Assembly (NCBI GenBank): GCA_965224195.1
Contig: OZ245040.1
Span: 1,280,001 to 1,344,000 of the forward strand
From: Nitrosopumilus sp.
GTDB taxonomy: Archaea > Thermoproteota > Nitrososphaeria > Nitrososphaerales > Nitrosopumilaceae
DNA length: 64,000 nucleotides
Direction of reading: 5' to 3'
This document shows, one piece after another, positions 32,917 through 43,007 of this stretch (the stretch's first letter is position 1; the number at the start of each line of letters is the position of its first letter). A program made the position numbers and the translations under genes. Under the pieces are notes generated by a model. The model saw nothing but the letters and a program-made list of their open reading frames with translations. It was not told the origin of the DNA and made no database searches.

Positions 32917-32980
32917 CTAATTAGAAGAAGCTAATTAGAAGAAGCTAATTAGAAGAAGCTAATTAGAAGAAGCTAATTAG
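32917..32980. repeat. 14-bp tandem repeat CTAATTAGAAGAAG x4 + CTAATTAG
   Basis: Exact units start at 32917, 32931, 32945 and 32959, with a partial unit at 32973; overlaps the 18-bp palindrome AATTAGTTTAAACTAATT (32905-32922). Confidence 0.97.
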
Positions 32981-33030
32981 GTGGCTCTAATTTTCCTAGT
33001 GTTTAAATCCATTAATGTGTATAGTATTCC

Positions 33031-33204
33031 ATGAAACAAGATTCATGCAGACGATGTGGTAACGAATTGGAAGTTAACAAGAAATGTGATATTTGTAACA
33101 AAGAAAATCAACTCTATTGTCATGAATGTGGTTGTGTAACTATAGAACAAATTCATTTTGAATGCATGATGACTAGTATTGAAAAAACTTCTATTGTAAA
33201 TTAA
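33031..33204 (+). CDS. Small triple-CxxC Zn-finger protein (57 aa)
   Basis: Read manually: MKQDSCRRCGNELEVNKKCDICNKENQLYCHECGCVTIEQIHFECMMTSIEKTSIVN. Confidence 0.75.
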   Translation: MKQDSCRRCGNELEVNKKCDICNKENQLYCHECGCVTIEQIHFECMMTSIEKTSIVN

Positions 33205-33237
33205 ATAACACAAAAATAAATTATATTAAAAGTAATA

Positions 33238-33588
33238 TTATTCATTCCAAATTGCTTGAGTTTTAAGCCAGGCAATCAAATCCTTGTAGAGTTTACTTTT
33301 TTGCATATTTAGTACTCCGATTTCTAAATTGGTTGATGACTTTACTGTCTTTGTATAGTTATCATAAATTGCAAAAATTATCTTATCTAGAAACATTTCA
33401 TTTTGCATCTCTTTTTTTGCCAATTCTTCAGATTCAGTCATTGCAAAGCTTGCAAATAACACACCGTCTACCCAGTATGCGTTTGCTGCATCTAATGATG
33501 ACATCATGCCTATTAGATCATCGGGATTCAGCTTTATCATGTCTCTAACGTAGATTTTGTCATATGGTTTATGGACAAATTCTGTCAT
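33238..33588 (-). CDS. Hypothetical protein
   Basis: 116-aa ORF with YWVDGVLF motif. Confidence 0.75.
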   Translation of the reverse strand: MTEFVHKPYDKIYVRDMIKLNPDDLIGMMSSLDAANAYWVDGVLFASFAMTESEELAKKEMQNEMFLDKIIFAIYDNYTKTVKSSTNLEIGVLNMQKSKLYKDLIAWLKTQAIWNE

Positions 33589-33658
33589 GACGTTTCCTTT
33601 TTGTTTGGTTTAAAGAACATTTTGGAAATTTTATAACTAGTTTTTTTGAAATAATGTC

Positions 33659-33883
33659 ATGAGTAATGATGAACCTTCAGAACCTGAAATGTTTGTGACA
33701 GAATTTCCAAAGAAAGGTTTTGGAATTGTTGATTATCTTCAAGGTAGAGTACATTTCTCCTTAATGGATCAGATGAAATTAATGCATAAATCTGGAATGA
33801 GCCAAGAGGAAATTAAAAAGACATTGCTTGCTAGTGTTACTGAAATAATAGATAATTTTGAGCCTGAATCAAAAAGTCCTTGA
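33659..33883 (+). CDS. Hypothetical protein
   Basis: 74-aa ORF. Confidence 0.6.
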   Translation: MSNDEPSEPEMFVTEFPKKGFGIVDYLQGRVHFSLMDQMKLMHKSGMSQEEIKKTLLASVTEIIDNFEPESKSP

Positions 33884-34077
33884 GTCTAGTTTTGTAGATT
33901 CGGCCATGATGATTTTGTGACACTGACATGTACAATTAGTATGGGGCATATCATTATCCATTCTGTATTTGCATTCTTTGGTGTGCTCTAACATCATTTT
34001 TTAGCATCTTCTAACATATTATGATATTTTTCATATACTAGAAAAGAGTTGAGTTTTTTTAAAAAATAGTACTAAAT

Positions 34078-34379
34078 TCAAGATTTTGCAATATCATAAT
34101 CTTCTTTACCATTGCCAAATTTCTGTGTAATGATTTTTACTCTGTATTTTTTCCTCTTTGAATATCTTGAGCTAATACAGTTGGTTTACCATTATCATAA
34201 AATTTTGCAACAATCATCTTTCTTGAAGTGTAAAAGTTCTTTATTCCATCAAACTCTTCTTTGGTTTCAATATTTATTTCAATGATCTTTTCTTTGCCCA
34301 CTTTTCTTTCTATATTTTCAATTTTTACAATAGTGAAAACTCCTTTGTCATCTAGTTTTGAAAGTGAGGCTTCGGCCAT
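34078..34379 (-). pseudogene. Hypothetical protein with 1-nt frameshift near the C-terminus
   Basis: Adding one A to the A-run at ~34147-34152 extends ...QRGK to KYRVKIITQKFGNGKEDYDIAKS*. Confidence 0.6.
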
Positions 34380-34532
34380 ATTTCACTTCTCATCTTGTCC
34401 ATCAGTATTGATGTTATCACATTCAGGCATTGACATTGAAATTTGATCATTTTGTTTTATCAAATAATCCAGTGTATTCATGAGTTTTCTATTAAATTTT
34501 TGAACTTAAGCGTATTGTAATTTGGAATTTAA

Positions 34533-34796
34533 TCACTCAAAATCCCATTCCGGAACAAAAACGATTTCATCTCTTCCTAAATCTAGCATGGAAATTGGCA
34601 TATTCTTCGTTAATTTCATGGCTGGTTCATAGCAATTTAGGCTATTACAGTCCAAGCATATCCAACTACCTCCGTCCACATGAGTCATAATCATTTGAAG
34701 ATCATCACTGTTGCAATTGTAACAGATTTCAGGAATTTTATCTAACTGTTTGGCTCTGCAAATTATTAGTCGTCCTGCTTCATCATAATCCGTCAT
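34533..34796 (-). CDS. Zn-ribbon hypothetical protein
   Basis: CYNC ... WICLDC. Confidence 0.7.
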   Translation of the reverse strand: MTDYDEAGRLIICRAKQLDKIPEICYNCNSDDLQMIMTHVDGGSWICLDCNSLNCYEPAMKLTKNMPISMLDLGRDEIVFVPEWDFE

Positions 34797-35011
34797 ATGC
34801 TTTCTGTAAAAATTATGAACTTAAATCTTATTTCGATGATTTCTTCAAATCAAAATATTCTACTAATGCATCGCTGAATTCTTTTAATTTTATTTCATCA
34901 AATTTTGATTCTTTAAGATCTTCCCAACTTTTTTCAATATTTTCCTTAAGAACAAAAAGAGTTCGCTTGTCATCACAATGCATGATTGTACAACTGCAAC
35001 TCAGAATTTAT

Positions 35012-35627
35012 CTATATTGTTGATTTTACTGGGGTGGATATTTTCTTTTTTGCAACTTTGACTGCAATTATCCCCATAACTGCCCCGGGAATACTCATTA
35101 GCCCTAAAATCATTCCTAATGTTTCTGAAAATTCTGGTATCAATGAATATCCTGAAACTCCACTGAATACATAAAATTGAATGTAGGCCATACCTACTAG
35201 TGGCATACTGTATACCTAGATGTTCCTCCTACTATTCCTCCTGCAATCTCTTCTCTAAATTTATTGATTTTAATTTTATTTGAAATTATTGCATCTGCAA
35301 CTATTGCTGTAATCAATGCTATGGCAAACCATGGTAAGTAACTCCACAATGCTTCTGCCGGAATTACATTTGCAGTGATATTGAAGAATATCAATAACGC
35401 TACAACACTGCTTGCCCAACCAAAGTTTTTCATAGATTTTGCTGCTCCCCAAAAAACTAATGTACAAAAAAGTGGCATTGTGACTGCAAGGATTATTCTT
35501 GCTACATATGGGTCGGGATTAAGATTCATAGTTTCTCCTCTTGATACTGGCAAAGTGAATTGAAAGATAAATGCGATTACAATAAACCACAATGCTGAAA
35601 ATGATACGACTGTTGCAGGCTTCACAA
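35012..35627 (-). pseudogene. C-terminal half of a multipass membrane protein (split by inversion, further fragmented)
   Basis: TM-rich ORFs 35197-35625 and 35012-35206; joins in frame to the 39412-39841 fragment if 35627-39841 is inverted. Confidence 0.75.
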
Positions 35628-35733
35628 TTTTAAAACAATAATCAAAGTAGAATTATTGCCATAGAATAGCTGGATATTGGTAATCGCTAAAGCACTCGAC
35701 ATTGATTACCAATTTTATCTGTGGCCTAAAATT

Positions 35734-35988
35734 TTAATTTGGATGAGAATTTTTCAAATAATTAGATTTTTGTTCATCTGAAAATAAATTTTCATTAAAT
35801 GAGATTAATTTCAAAGCATTTTGAAATGCAGGACATTCACAATCTACAGAAAAGAGTTCTTCACATTTTGGACAATGGATAACAGTATGATTTCCCCAAT
35901 CACATTCAATATCATCAATAATTTCAAAAATAACATCTTCATTGCAGATACAGTGTAAATTGTTTTGAAATTTATCATTAATAGACAT
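35734..35988 (-). CDS. Cys-rich hypothetical protein
   Basis: HCIC ... HCPKC ... CECP. Confidence 0.7.
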   Translation of the reverse strand: MSINDKFQNNLHCICNEDVIFEIIDDIECDWGNHTVIHCPKCEELFSVDCECPAFQNALKLISFNENLFSDEQKSNYLKNSHPN

Positions 35989-36048
35989 ACTAGACTATTT
36001 AGAAAATCAAATATAATTTAATAACCATAAAGTTTTGATAAATTTGAC

Positions 36049-36252
36049 TTGACTGAATGCCCTACGTGTAAACTTGCAATGGAGTCACATTCTACAGAAG
36101 AATTAATGGAATGTTGTATGAAGCAAGTAGGTGATGAATTTTCTGAGGAACAATCAGGCATCTGTCCCAATTGTAAACATGATATTAAAAAACATTCAAG
36201 CAAAGAACTTGCAGAATGCACCATAGAATTTCTCAAATCAGGAATAAACTAG
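36049..36252 (+). CDS. Small protein with two internal CxxC-x6-H-x7-C repeats
   Basis: CPTCKLAMESHSTEELMEC and CPNCKHDIKKHSSKELAEC. Confidence 0.75.
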   Translation: MTECPTCKLAMESHSTEELMECCMKQVGDEFSEEQSGICPNCKHDIKKHSSKELAECTIEFLKSGIN

Positions 36253-36293
36253 GTCAAGATAAGATTAAACAGAAGAAAAAAACATGAAATTTA

Positions 36294-36881
36294 TTGGATC
36301 AGACTACTAGAAAATTAATTCAAGATTATTCGCCAATGTGGACTAACAAACAGATTTGGGAATTTGAGCAATTAAATGAAGAATTAACTTTTGATACAGT
36401 CTATGCAGAACGAAATAATTTTGAATCATGGAATTCAAAAATGGCAAATCAAGATACATTCATTCGAGATGTCATGGTTAGAACATTTGATAATTTCTTA
36501 GATGGATACGAGTTGTGGATTTCAAACAAAAACCAAGAAAAAATAGACTCAAAATATGTGGCTTATCTCATGTCAGTTATGGCAGATATCATGATAGAAG
36601 AAGAAATTTGCCTTAATTTTAGAATTGAAAATGATTCCTTAGTGGTTGTAATAGATGAGAAAGCAGATGTAATTGACTGTAAAGAATTTTTTGAAGAATT
36701 TTATCATTTGGCAACGGGGTTTAATTTTGATACAGATACTGGAATACCAGGCGATGAAACAGAAGCTGAACTATACCTTGTACGATTACAAGAAGAATTT
36801 GATGAAAGAATGCAAAATAAATTAGGAGTGAATTATTTGCCAGGTAACAATGATCCAGATACTCTACATGCAAAGGATTGA
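36294..36881 (+). CDS. Acidic hypothetical protein
   Basis: 195-aa ORF. Confidence 0.75.
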   Translation: MDQTTRKLIQDYSPMWTNKQIWEFEQLNEELTFDTVYAERNNFESWNSKMANQDTFIRDVMVRTFDNFLDGYELWISNKNQEKIDSKYVAYLMSVMADIMIEEEICLNFRIENDSLVVVIDEKADVIDCKEFFEEFYHLATGFNFDTDTGIPGDETEAELYLVRLQEEFDERMQNKLGVNYLPGNNDPDTLHAKD

Positions 36882-36913
36882 TCTAAAATACAAGATGAGG
36901 CTATAGACAGATA

Positions 36914-37270
36914 ATGTCAGAGGGAAAACCATATAGAAATTTCAAAGAGAGAGAGCCTTCTCTAACAACAGAACAAAAAGTAGAAAGTTTTGTAAAGAGG
37001 AATTCTCAAAGTGGGTATTTTACCAAAGTTTCAACCATCTCACACAAATTTGGTGTAACTGAAGACATGGCATGGAGTATTGTGGGAGAATTATTATCCA
37101 GTGGCGCCTTTGAATCAACTCACAATGATTACACAGGTGAGATGAAACTATGTGAAATGGGGAAAATATATTCAATTTTAAATTTGGAACAAAAGAGGAA
37201 AAGAGAAAAATATCGTAATAACAATAAAAAATCTAAAGATAAACCCAAACCAAAAAAAGTAAACTCTTAA
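36914..37270 (+). CDS. Hypothetical protein, possible winged-helix with basic tail
   Basis: TISHKFGVTEDMAWSIVGELLSSG resembles an HTH; Lys-rich C-terminus. Confidence 0.65.
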   Translation: MSEGKPYRNFKEREPSLTTEQKVESFVKRNSQSGYFTKVSTISHKFGVTEDMAWSIVGELLSSGAFESTHNDYTGEMKLCEMGKIYSILNLEQKRKREKYRNNNKKSKDKPKPKKVNS

Positions 37271-37370
37271 TTCTAAATTAATTATATAAAATCATGGATG
37301 ATGAAAATTTACCAGTACAATGTCATCCTGCAATAAAATCAAAAAAGAAAAAACCAAAAGAGGAAAAAAA

Positions 37371-37517
37371 ATGATACAATGTAAATTATGTGGAACACCA
37401 TTAGGAAAAGAGCCAACTACCGAAGAATTAGAAACTCATTGGAAGAAACATCATAATTGGCATTGAGAATCAAACAAAGATAAAACACCTCAAGATGCAT
37501 TATTGAAAAAGAGATAA
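37371..37517 (+). pseudogene. Small C2H2-like protein with in-frame TGA
   Basis: MIQCKLCG...HWKKHHNWH*ESNKDKTPQDALLKKR; TGA at 37464-37466. Confidence 0.6.
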
Positions 37518-37684
37518 TCAATGTCTTGGAATAGTGGTCATTTATAGCATGTCTAGACCACTAAACGAAGGCGTCATTAATCATTCAGGCTCGAGATATA
37601 AAAGATGAATTGAACATTTTTCAAACATTTGTTTAATGAAATAAAAATAACGAAACTAATTTTTAGAATATAACTATCTGAAAA

Positions 37685-37909
37685 TTAAGCATCCCATGAC
37701 TTGGTGTTTGTTCTTTTGAATTTACCTTTATCTCGTTTGGAATGTTTTGCTTTGTAATTTAGTAGAAATATACCGCTGACAAAACCAATACCAGTAATTA
37801 CTAAAAGTGGCATAATTGTCTCTTTTGGCAAACTATCCAAGCTTACAGTAATAATTCCAATAATGGCTGAAGCAATTATCAAAGCTAACCCCGTACGCCG
37901 ATTATTCAA
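37685..37909 (-). CDS. Small 2-TM membrane protein
   Basis: Two hydrophobic helices and a basic tail. Confidence 0.65.
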   Translation of the reverse strand: MNNRRTGLALIIASAIIGIITVSLDSLPKETIMPLLVITGIGFVSGIFLLNYKAKHSKRDKGKFKRTNTKSWDA

Positions 37910-38100
37910 TACAATAGTAAATTTTCTATGAACTTAAGCTTTAATTGATTATTCATCTCTTTTTTAATTCTACAAGAATTCATTTAGGCATGATTTATTT
38001 TTGTAATTATAATTCACGCATGATGAAAAATTATTTTTAAGCTTATCACTGAGAAAAAACTTACTTTGAATCTGTAATAGTGATTTTGTCATTATGGGTC

Positions 38101-38334
38101 ATGTCAACAATAGAGGCATATGATATCAAAGCAAAAAAGAAAGTGTCAATGAACAATCCAAAACCATATCTTATGAAAAATGGATCATGGGCACTAAAAG
38201 GAACTAGTTCTGAGACTGGAATTAATCTATTCAAAATTGTCGGAAGACAAAAACCGGTAATTGGCCAGTCAAGATTTGAAGCATTCAAAAATTTGTTTAC
38301 TAGTAGACAATGTGAATGTGAAAAACAGTGCTAG
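38101..38334 (+). CDS. DUF5679-like small basic protein
   Basis: AYDIKAKKKVSM...MKNG...KGT...TG.NLFKIVG pattern. Confidence 0.6.
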   Translation: MSTIEAYDIKAKKKVSMNNPKPYLMKNGSWALKGTSSETGINLFKIVGRQKPVIGQSRFEAFKNLFTSRQCECEKQC

Positions 38335-38540
38335 ATTGGTTTTTTTTATTTATGCTCAAAGTTAGATACAATTAGGTAGATGGGTATAATTCCACCTAGG
38401 AAACCAAGTTTATCATGTTTTTCCCAATTCCAGCAAGATGTTATTTTTTAAAAGATGACTGTAGATGTGAGTTAGAAATGTGTCATGATGGAGATCATGA
38501 TGTTGAATGTACAGAGTCTTGATAATTAGAAAGCATTAAT

Positions 38541-39032
38541 TTGATTAGTCATCAAATGAGAATCATGTCTTTAGATATTACCTGGAAGAACAACTTTTAC
38601 GGAATTTCTTGGGCATATGAGAAAGATAGATTGGTAGTATCCACAGTTTTTGAGGATAAAAATGAGGCCCTATCCATTGCCAAAGAAATTGAAGATTGGA
38701 GTGACAAATTTACAAGATTAACAATCATTGAGAAAGATAATGATGAATTTGCAATTTGCTGTTATCAGGATCCGCAGATTTCAAAAAATAATAACCATTT
38801 AGGATTGTTTCGTACTGGTATGAGACAAAGTGGAGGATATGAACAAGCAAAACCAATGATTGTGGAAAAACCGCCATTGTTACAAATTGCATATGCTGCA
38901 GATGTCAGAGACATGAATACGTATGAGCAAATTTCACGACTAGTTCCAATGCGAAAATGCAGAATCATCTCAGAGAAAGACTTGAAGAAGCAAGAATACT
39001 ATTACGAAAAAACTGCGAACTCTCAGAATTAA
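38541..39032 (+). CDS. Hypothetical protein
   Basis: 163-aa ORF. Confidence 0.75.
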   Translation: MISHQMRIMSLDITWKNNFYGISWAYEKDRLVVSTVFEDKNEALSIAKEIEDWSDKFTRLTIIEKDNDEFAICCYQDPQISKNNNHLGLFRTGMRQSGGYEQAKPMIVEKPPLLQIAYAADVRDMNTYEQISRLVPMRKCRIISEKDLKKQEYYYEKTANSQN

Positions 39033-39411
39033 GAAAAAGGTGAGATTCAAAAATTCTAGGATTGAATCGTTACCAGGTATGGTCGGGTAACAATAATTAT
39101 CAAATTTGAATATAAGATGTTACTACTCTTTTGTACTGAGAAATTGTACTAAGAAATCGTTCATCTTCGTTAAATAGAAAATTCTGTAATTGTATAATAT
39201 GCAAGATAACAATAATCAACAAAATTGGGAAGAAGTAATTGATCTTTCCTGGCTAGTATCAGACGAATAAATTGTCTGGTAATGTTTGTAGTCCCAACTG
39301 TTGGTGCAAATTAGAAAAATCTAATAATACCGACGAACTGCTTTAGATGATTCTAAAGCATTTATTTTTTAATTCGCAATATTCATAAAGTAATATTTTT
39401 GTGTTTCATAT

Positions 39412-39841
39412 ATGAATAAACCATCAAAATTCATTGTAATTATTCTTCTATTATCATTAGTGGGTAGCGTTTTAGAGATTTGGGGAGGAAGTGGGATATT
39501 ACCAGTCATTTACTGGGAGCCCCTGAAACATTTTTCACACCCCCACATGCAGTATTGTATTCTGGAGTTGGAATTAGTTTGATTGCAGCTATTCTTGTTA
39601 GTATCATATTGTTCAAAGACCGAGAATTACGTAGTTCACCATTATCATTTAGTTTGAAATTAATCATTATTGCTAGTGTTATTCAGATTTTTGCTGGACC
39701 TAGTGATTATGCATGGCATGAGATGTTTGGAACAGACGGATTACTTAGCCCAACACATCTAACTCTAATTACAGGGATATTGATTCAGTCAGTTGGAATT
39801 GTTCTCGGATTAACCAGATTAATTCTACACGATTTTAAAAT
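39412..39841 (+). pseudogene. N-terminal half of a multipass membrane protein (frameshift at ~39492, truncated by inversion)
   Basis: MNKPSKFIVIILL...IWGGS then (shift) WDITSH...FFTPPH...DYAWHEMFGTDGLLSPTH...HDFKI. Confidence 0.8.
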
Positions 39842-39946
39842 AAAAAAAGTATGAAAAAGTTGATTTAATTTATTAAAAAATTCAATTGAGCCTGAATCTG
39901 TAAATCTCATCGAAAGTTTTAGGACCCCAATCTGTTTGATTGGTTA

Positions 39947-40846
39947 TTGAAAGCAGTAATTGTAGTAATTGTACTCATGGTGGGTTTTGGATATGCATGG
40001 TATGCAGATTTACTTCCGTTTAACACTGAAACCAGTAAGGGATTATCTCCATCAATTGAAAATCTTCAATAAATATCAAATGTAGTTACATCCAAAGAAC
40101 ATCAAATTATTTACTATTCCTTTGAAGATGTACCTGATGTTCCAGACAAACAAATTCCAATTGACGCATTAAAAAAAGCACTAGATACTTGGGAGGGATA
40201 CAATCCAAATTTAGAATTTATACAATCTAAAAACTCTAACATTGAAATTAACTGGCAAAAATATGCATCATCTACACATACTGGTTTAGCAACATGTAAC
40301 ACTGTTTTGTTTGAAATTTTGAGTCACTGTGTATTGGATATATCCATTGGTACACAAGATTGTAATTCCAATTTTGTTCAAAATGATGAAAATATGGTTG
40401 TAAATATTTTGATGCATGAGATTGGACATGCAATGGGATTAGGTCACACTAGTGAGGAAAACCATTTAATGTATTCTACTGAATCCCCTGAAATTGATTA
40501 TGACACAAAAGGGTACTCTATTCCAGAAATATTTGAAGAATTATACGTTGGACAAAAATTATTGCTATCCAAAGAAAAAGAAATTGAATCTCAAATCAAA
40601 TTATTAGATGGTAAAATTGTTCGTGAAGAATCACAATATGATGAATACTATAAACAGTATGAATTTTATGAAGGAAAGACTCTTCCTCCAAAAGAATTTG
40701 AAAAAGCACAACGAGCTCATGATAAAATAAATGACCAAGCAGAAAAAATAAATGACTTGATTGATCAACAAAATGAATTAATTGTGCAAATCAATGATAT
40801 TTTGAATCAACTTGGCTGTAATCCTAATTTTGAAATTATATCTTAA
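39947..40846 (+). pseudogene. Matrixin-family (M10) Zn metalloprotease with premature TAA after the N-terminal anchor
   Basis: HEIGHAMGLGH + LMY Met-turn; frame continuous from TTG 39947 except TAA at 40070-40072. Confidence 0.85.
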
Positions 40847-40961
40847 CTATCCAAACAACAAAATTAATCCTACAATTAATGCAGATACTGAAATTCCCAT
40901 CCACACATAAAATTTCTTCATCATGAATTGCTTTAAAATCATCTGAGATTAATAGTTTGGA

Positions 40962-41049
40962 ATTGAGAAAGCAAGCAAATTTGATATCCTATCATCGGCC
41001 CTTTGGGGGTTACAGTAGATACCAAATCCGCAATCATCTTGCTTTCAAT
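40962..41049. other. Rod-like multi-stem hairpin (candidate ncRNA)
   Basis: GAAAGCAAG/CTTGCTTTC outer stem, ATTTGATATC/GATACCAAAT middle stem, GGCCC/GGGTT inner stem. Confidence 0.45.
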
Positions 41050-41248
41050 ATTTGTATTGACTGGTATTTTGAAAAATTCATAAAATTAACCATGTCTTGA
41101 ATTTTAATCAAAAAGGGTTGAAAAAGTGATCCATTATTTCATGTATGGTTGAGCCTGATCTTTTAAAAAATTCATGTATGGATAATTTTGTTCAATTTAT
41201 ACACGCGTTTTCTTTTAGTCTGATCCACTAATCAATAACAGAGTCATC

Positions 41249-41308
41249 TGTTTGACGGCACCCTACATGCTTAGTCGACCATACTTGGAATTCATTTGCC
41301 GTCAAACA
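41249..41308. repeat. Perfect 12-bp inverted repeat enclosing 36 nt
   Basis: TGTTTGACGGCA (41249-41260) and TGCCGTCAAACA (41297-41308). Confidence 0.9.
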
Positions 41309-41381
41309 TTCCTCTTTTCAAAATCAAATTCATACCTAAAAAATAAAGAATAATTTTATTCTCATAGAAATACAGTCTGGT

Positions 41382-41918
41382 ATGGGTGAAAAATCAACTT
41401 TGGAATGGAATCCTAACTCTACACTCACATGGTCTGATTTTCAAGCAGAATCGAACCCTGCAGTATTTGAAGACAGTCATAGTGTGATAAAATATAGATT
41501 CACTTGGGTTGTGGATTCAGAAAAAATTGATGATGATATTGTTTTCTTGATTAATGGTATTTCCCTCTATGTAGAGTTTCATCCTTTGTTGTCATGGGTG
41601 AGACAATCTGAAGCAAACAAATCATTACTAAATCATGAGCAAGGCAATTTTGACTTGGCTGAACTAGTAAAACGTGAAAATATCGCAAATCTACAAGAAG
41701 AATTTTACAAAAAACATTTTTCAACTCGAGGACAAAATGATGAACAACAAAAACAATTTGCAAAAGAAGATTCTGGTAAAATGATTAATGAACAAGTGGA
41801 AAAATTACAAAATCTCTTTGATGAAAGATCTCAGAAATACCAAAATGAAACAAATTATGGAAAGAATCTTGAGGAACAATCAGGGTATAATTTGGCTTTC
41901 AAGCAATTACACACATAA
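41382..41918 (+). CDS. DUF922-like protein (predicted Zn-dependent protease)
   Basis: LTWSDFQ, SWV, LLNHEQGNFD and YQNETNYG motifs. Confidence 0.8.
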   Translation: MGEKSTLEWNPNSTLTWSDFQAESNPAVFEDSHSVIKYRFTWVVDSEKIDDDIVFLINGISLYVEFHPLLSWVRQSEANKSLLNHEQGNFDLAELVKRENIANLQEEFYKKHFSTRGQNDEQQKQFAKEDSGKMINEQVEKLQNLFDERSQKYQNETNYGKNLEEQSGYNLAFKQLHT

Positions 41919-42112
41919 TTTGTCTTGCAGTGTAGTCTGCTTTGTTATATGGAAATAATGCTGTTCTAATTTATGGAAACTGCCAAGTTACCGAAATTTA
42001 AATGAGGTGAATTATCAGAACTTAATTCAGGTCACACTGAAAATGTATGGGGATTACAACAGAAGAAATCTACATCTAGAACTTTTGTATCATATACTGT
42101 ATCTTGGGATGA

Positions 42113-42409
42113 TTAGGTTCTGTGTTCTAAAATTTTATTTTCAGGAACTGAATTAATGTAATTTACTAGGCTTCTATAATATTTCAAATGAAAATTTAAA
42201 TCTCTCATTTCTGTTTGCTTTAATTCTTCTAGTTCTGGACCAAAATCTGTTTTGTTTGTTTCAATATGATTTAATGTATTTTCATTTACTTCAATCATGT
42301 GGAAAAGACTGTGCAATACTTCGCCCTTTGTAAGAGTTCTATCACATGATTTTTGTAGTAATGTTTCAACCCAATCCATATCATTTGTAAAAATAATTCT
42401 TATATCCAC
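42113..42409 (-). CDS. Hypothetical protein
   Basis: 98-aa ORF. Confidence 0.65.
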   Translation of the reverse strand: MDIRIIFTNDMDWVETLLQKSCDRTLTKGEVLHSLFHMIEVNENTLNHIETNKTDFGPELEELKQTEMRDLNFHLKYYRSLVNYINSVPENKILEHRT

Positions 42410-42448
42410 TTCAGAATTTGAAATATTCTGACCTTTGCTCTATTTTTT

Positions 42449-42598
42449 TTAGTCTAGGCTGGAATATCTATTTTTTGATGCCTGTTTTTTCCTTTCCTTG
42501 ATTTCTTGATTTCTTTCATTATCTGAATGAACTTCAACATGGTTGTACAGCTCTTCTTTTGAATCAAACAATTGTTCGCAATAGTAGCACTGGTGCAT
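42449..42598 (-). CDS. C2H2 zinc-finger small protein
   Basis: HQCYYCEQLFDSKEELYNHVEVH. Confidence 0.75.
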   Translation of the reverse strand: MHQCYYCEQLFDSKEELYNHVEVHSDNERNQEIKERKKQASKNRYSSLD

Positions 42599-42699
42599 TG
42601 CTATATTACACATATCTCTGATAAATCCCTTTTCCAATTAAATACATAATTTATTCATAAATTGAATATATTTGGTAAAAATTTTAAAAATAATATGGA

Positions 42700-42949
42700 T
42701 GATAATCCGTTTTAGATTATCTTCTCTAACTTTTTGTGCTATATCGCCAAATGGATCTGCATGTCATTGTTCTTTGTTTAAGTCAGCTCCCAAAACTCCT
42801 GTTTTTGGTAATAGTCCTTGCTCTGCTACTTAAGATAAAACAGCATCTTCTGGAATGCAGTTCTTTTGGTTTTTAGTACCGTATGCAATTGCTCCTACCA
42901 TTACTACAACAGCTACGGCGATTGCAACATAAATTAATACGTTTGACAT
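42700..42949 (-). pseudogene. Small membrane-anchored protein with two in-frame stops (3' end approximate)
   Basis: MSNVLIYVAIAVAVVVMVGAIAYG...VLS*VAEQGLLPKTG...KEQ*HADPFGD. Confidence 0.55.
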
Positions 42950-43007
42950 GCAAATAATTGGTAATTTTTTATATTAATGAAGTAAGATTATATTGCAATG
43001 TAATTAT

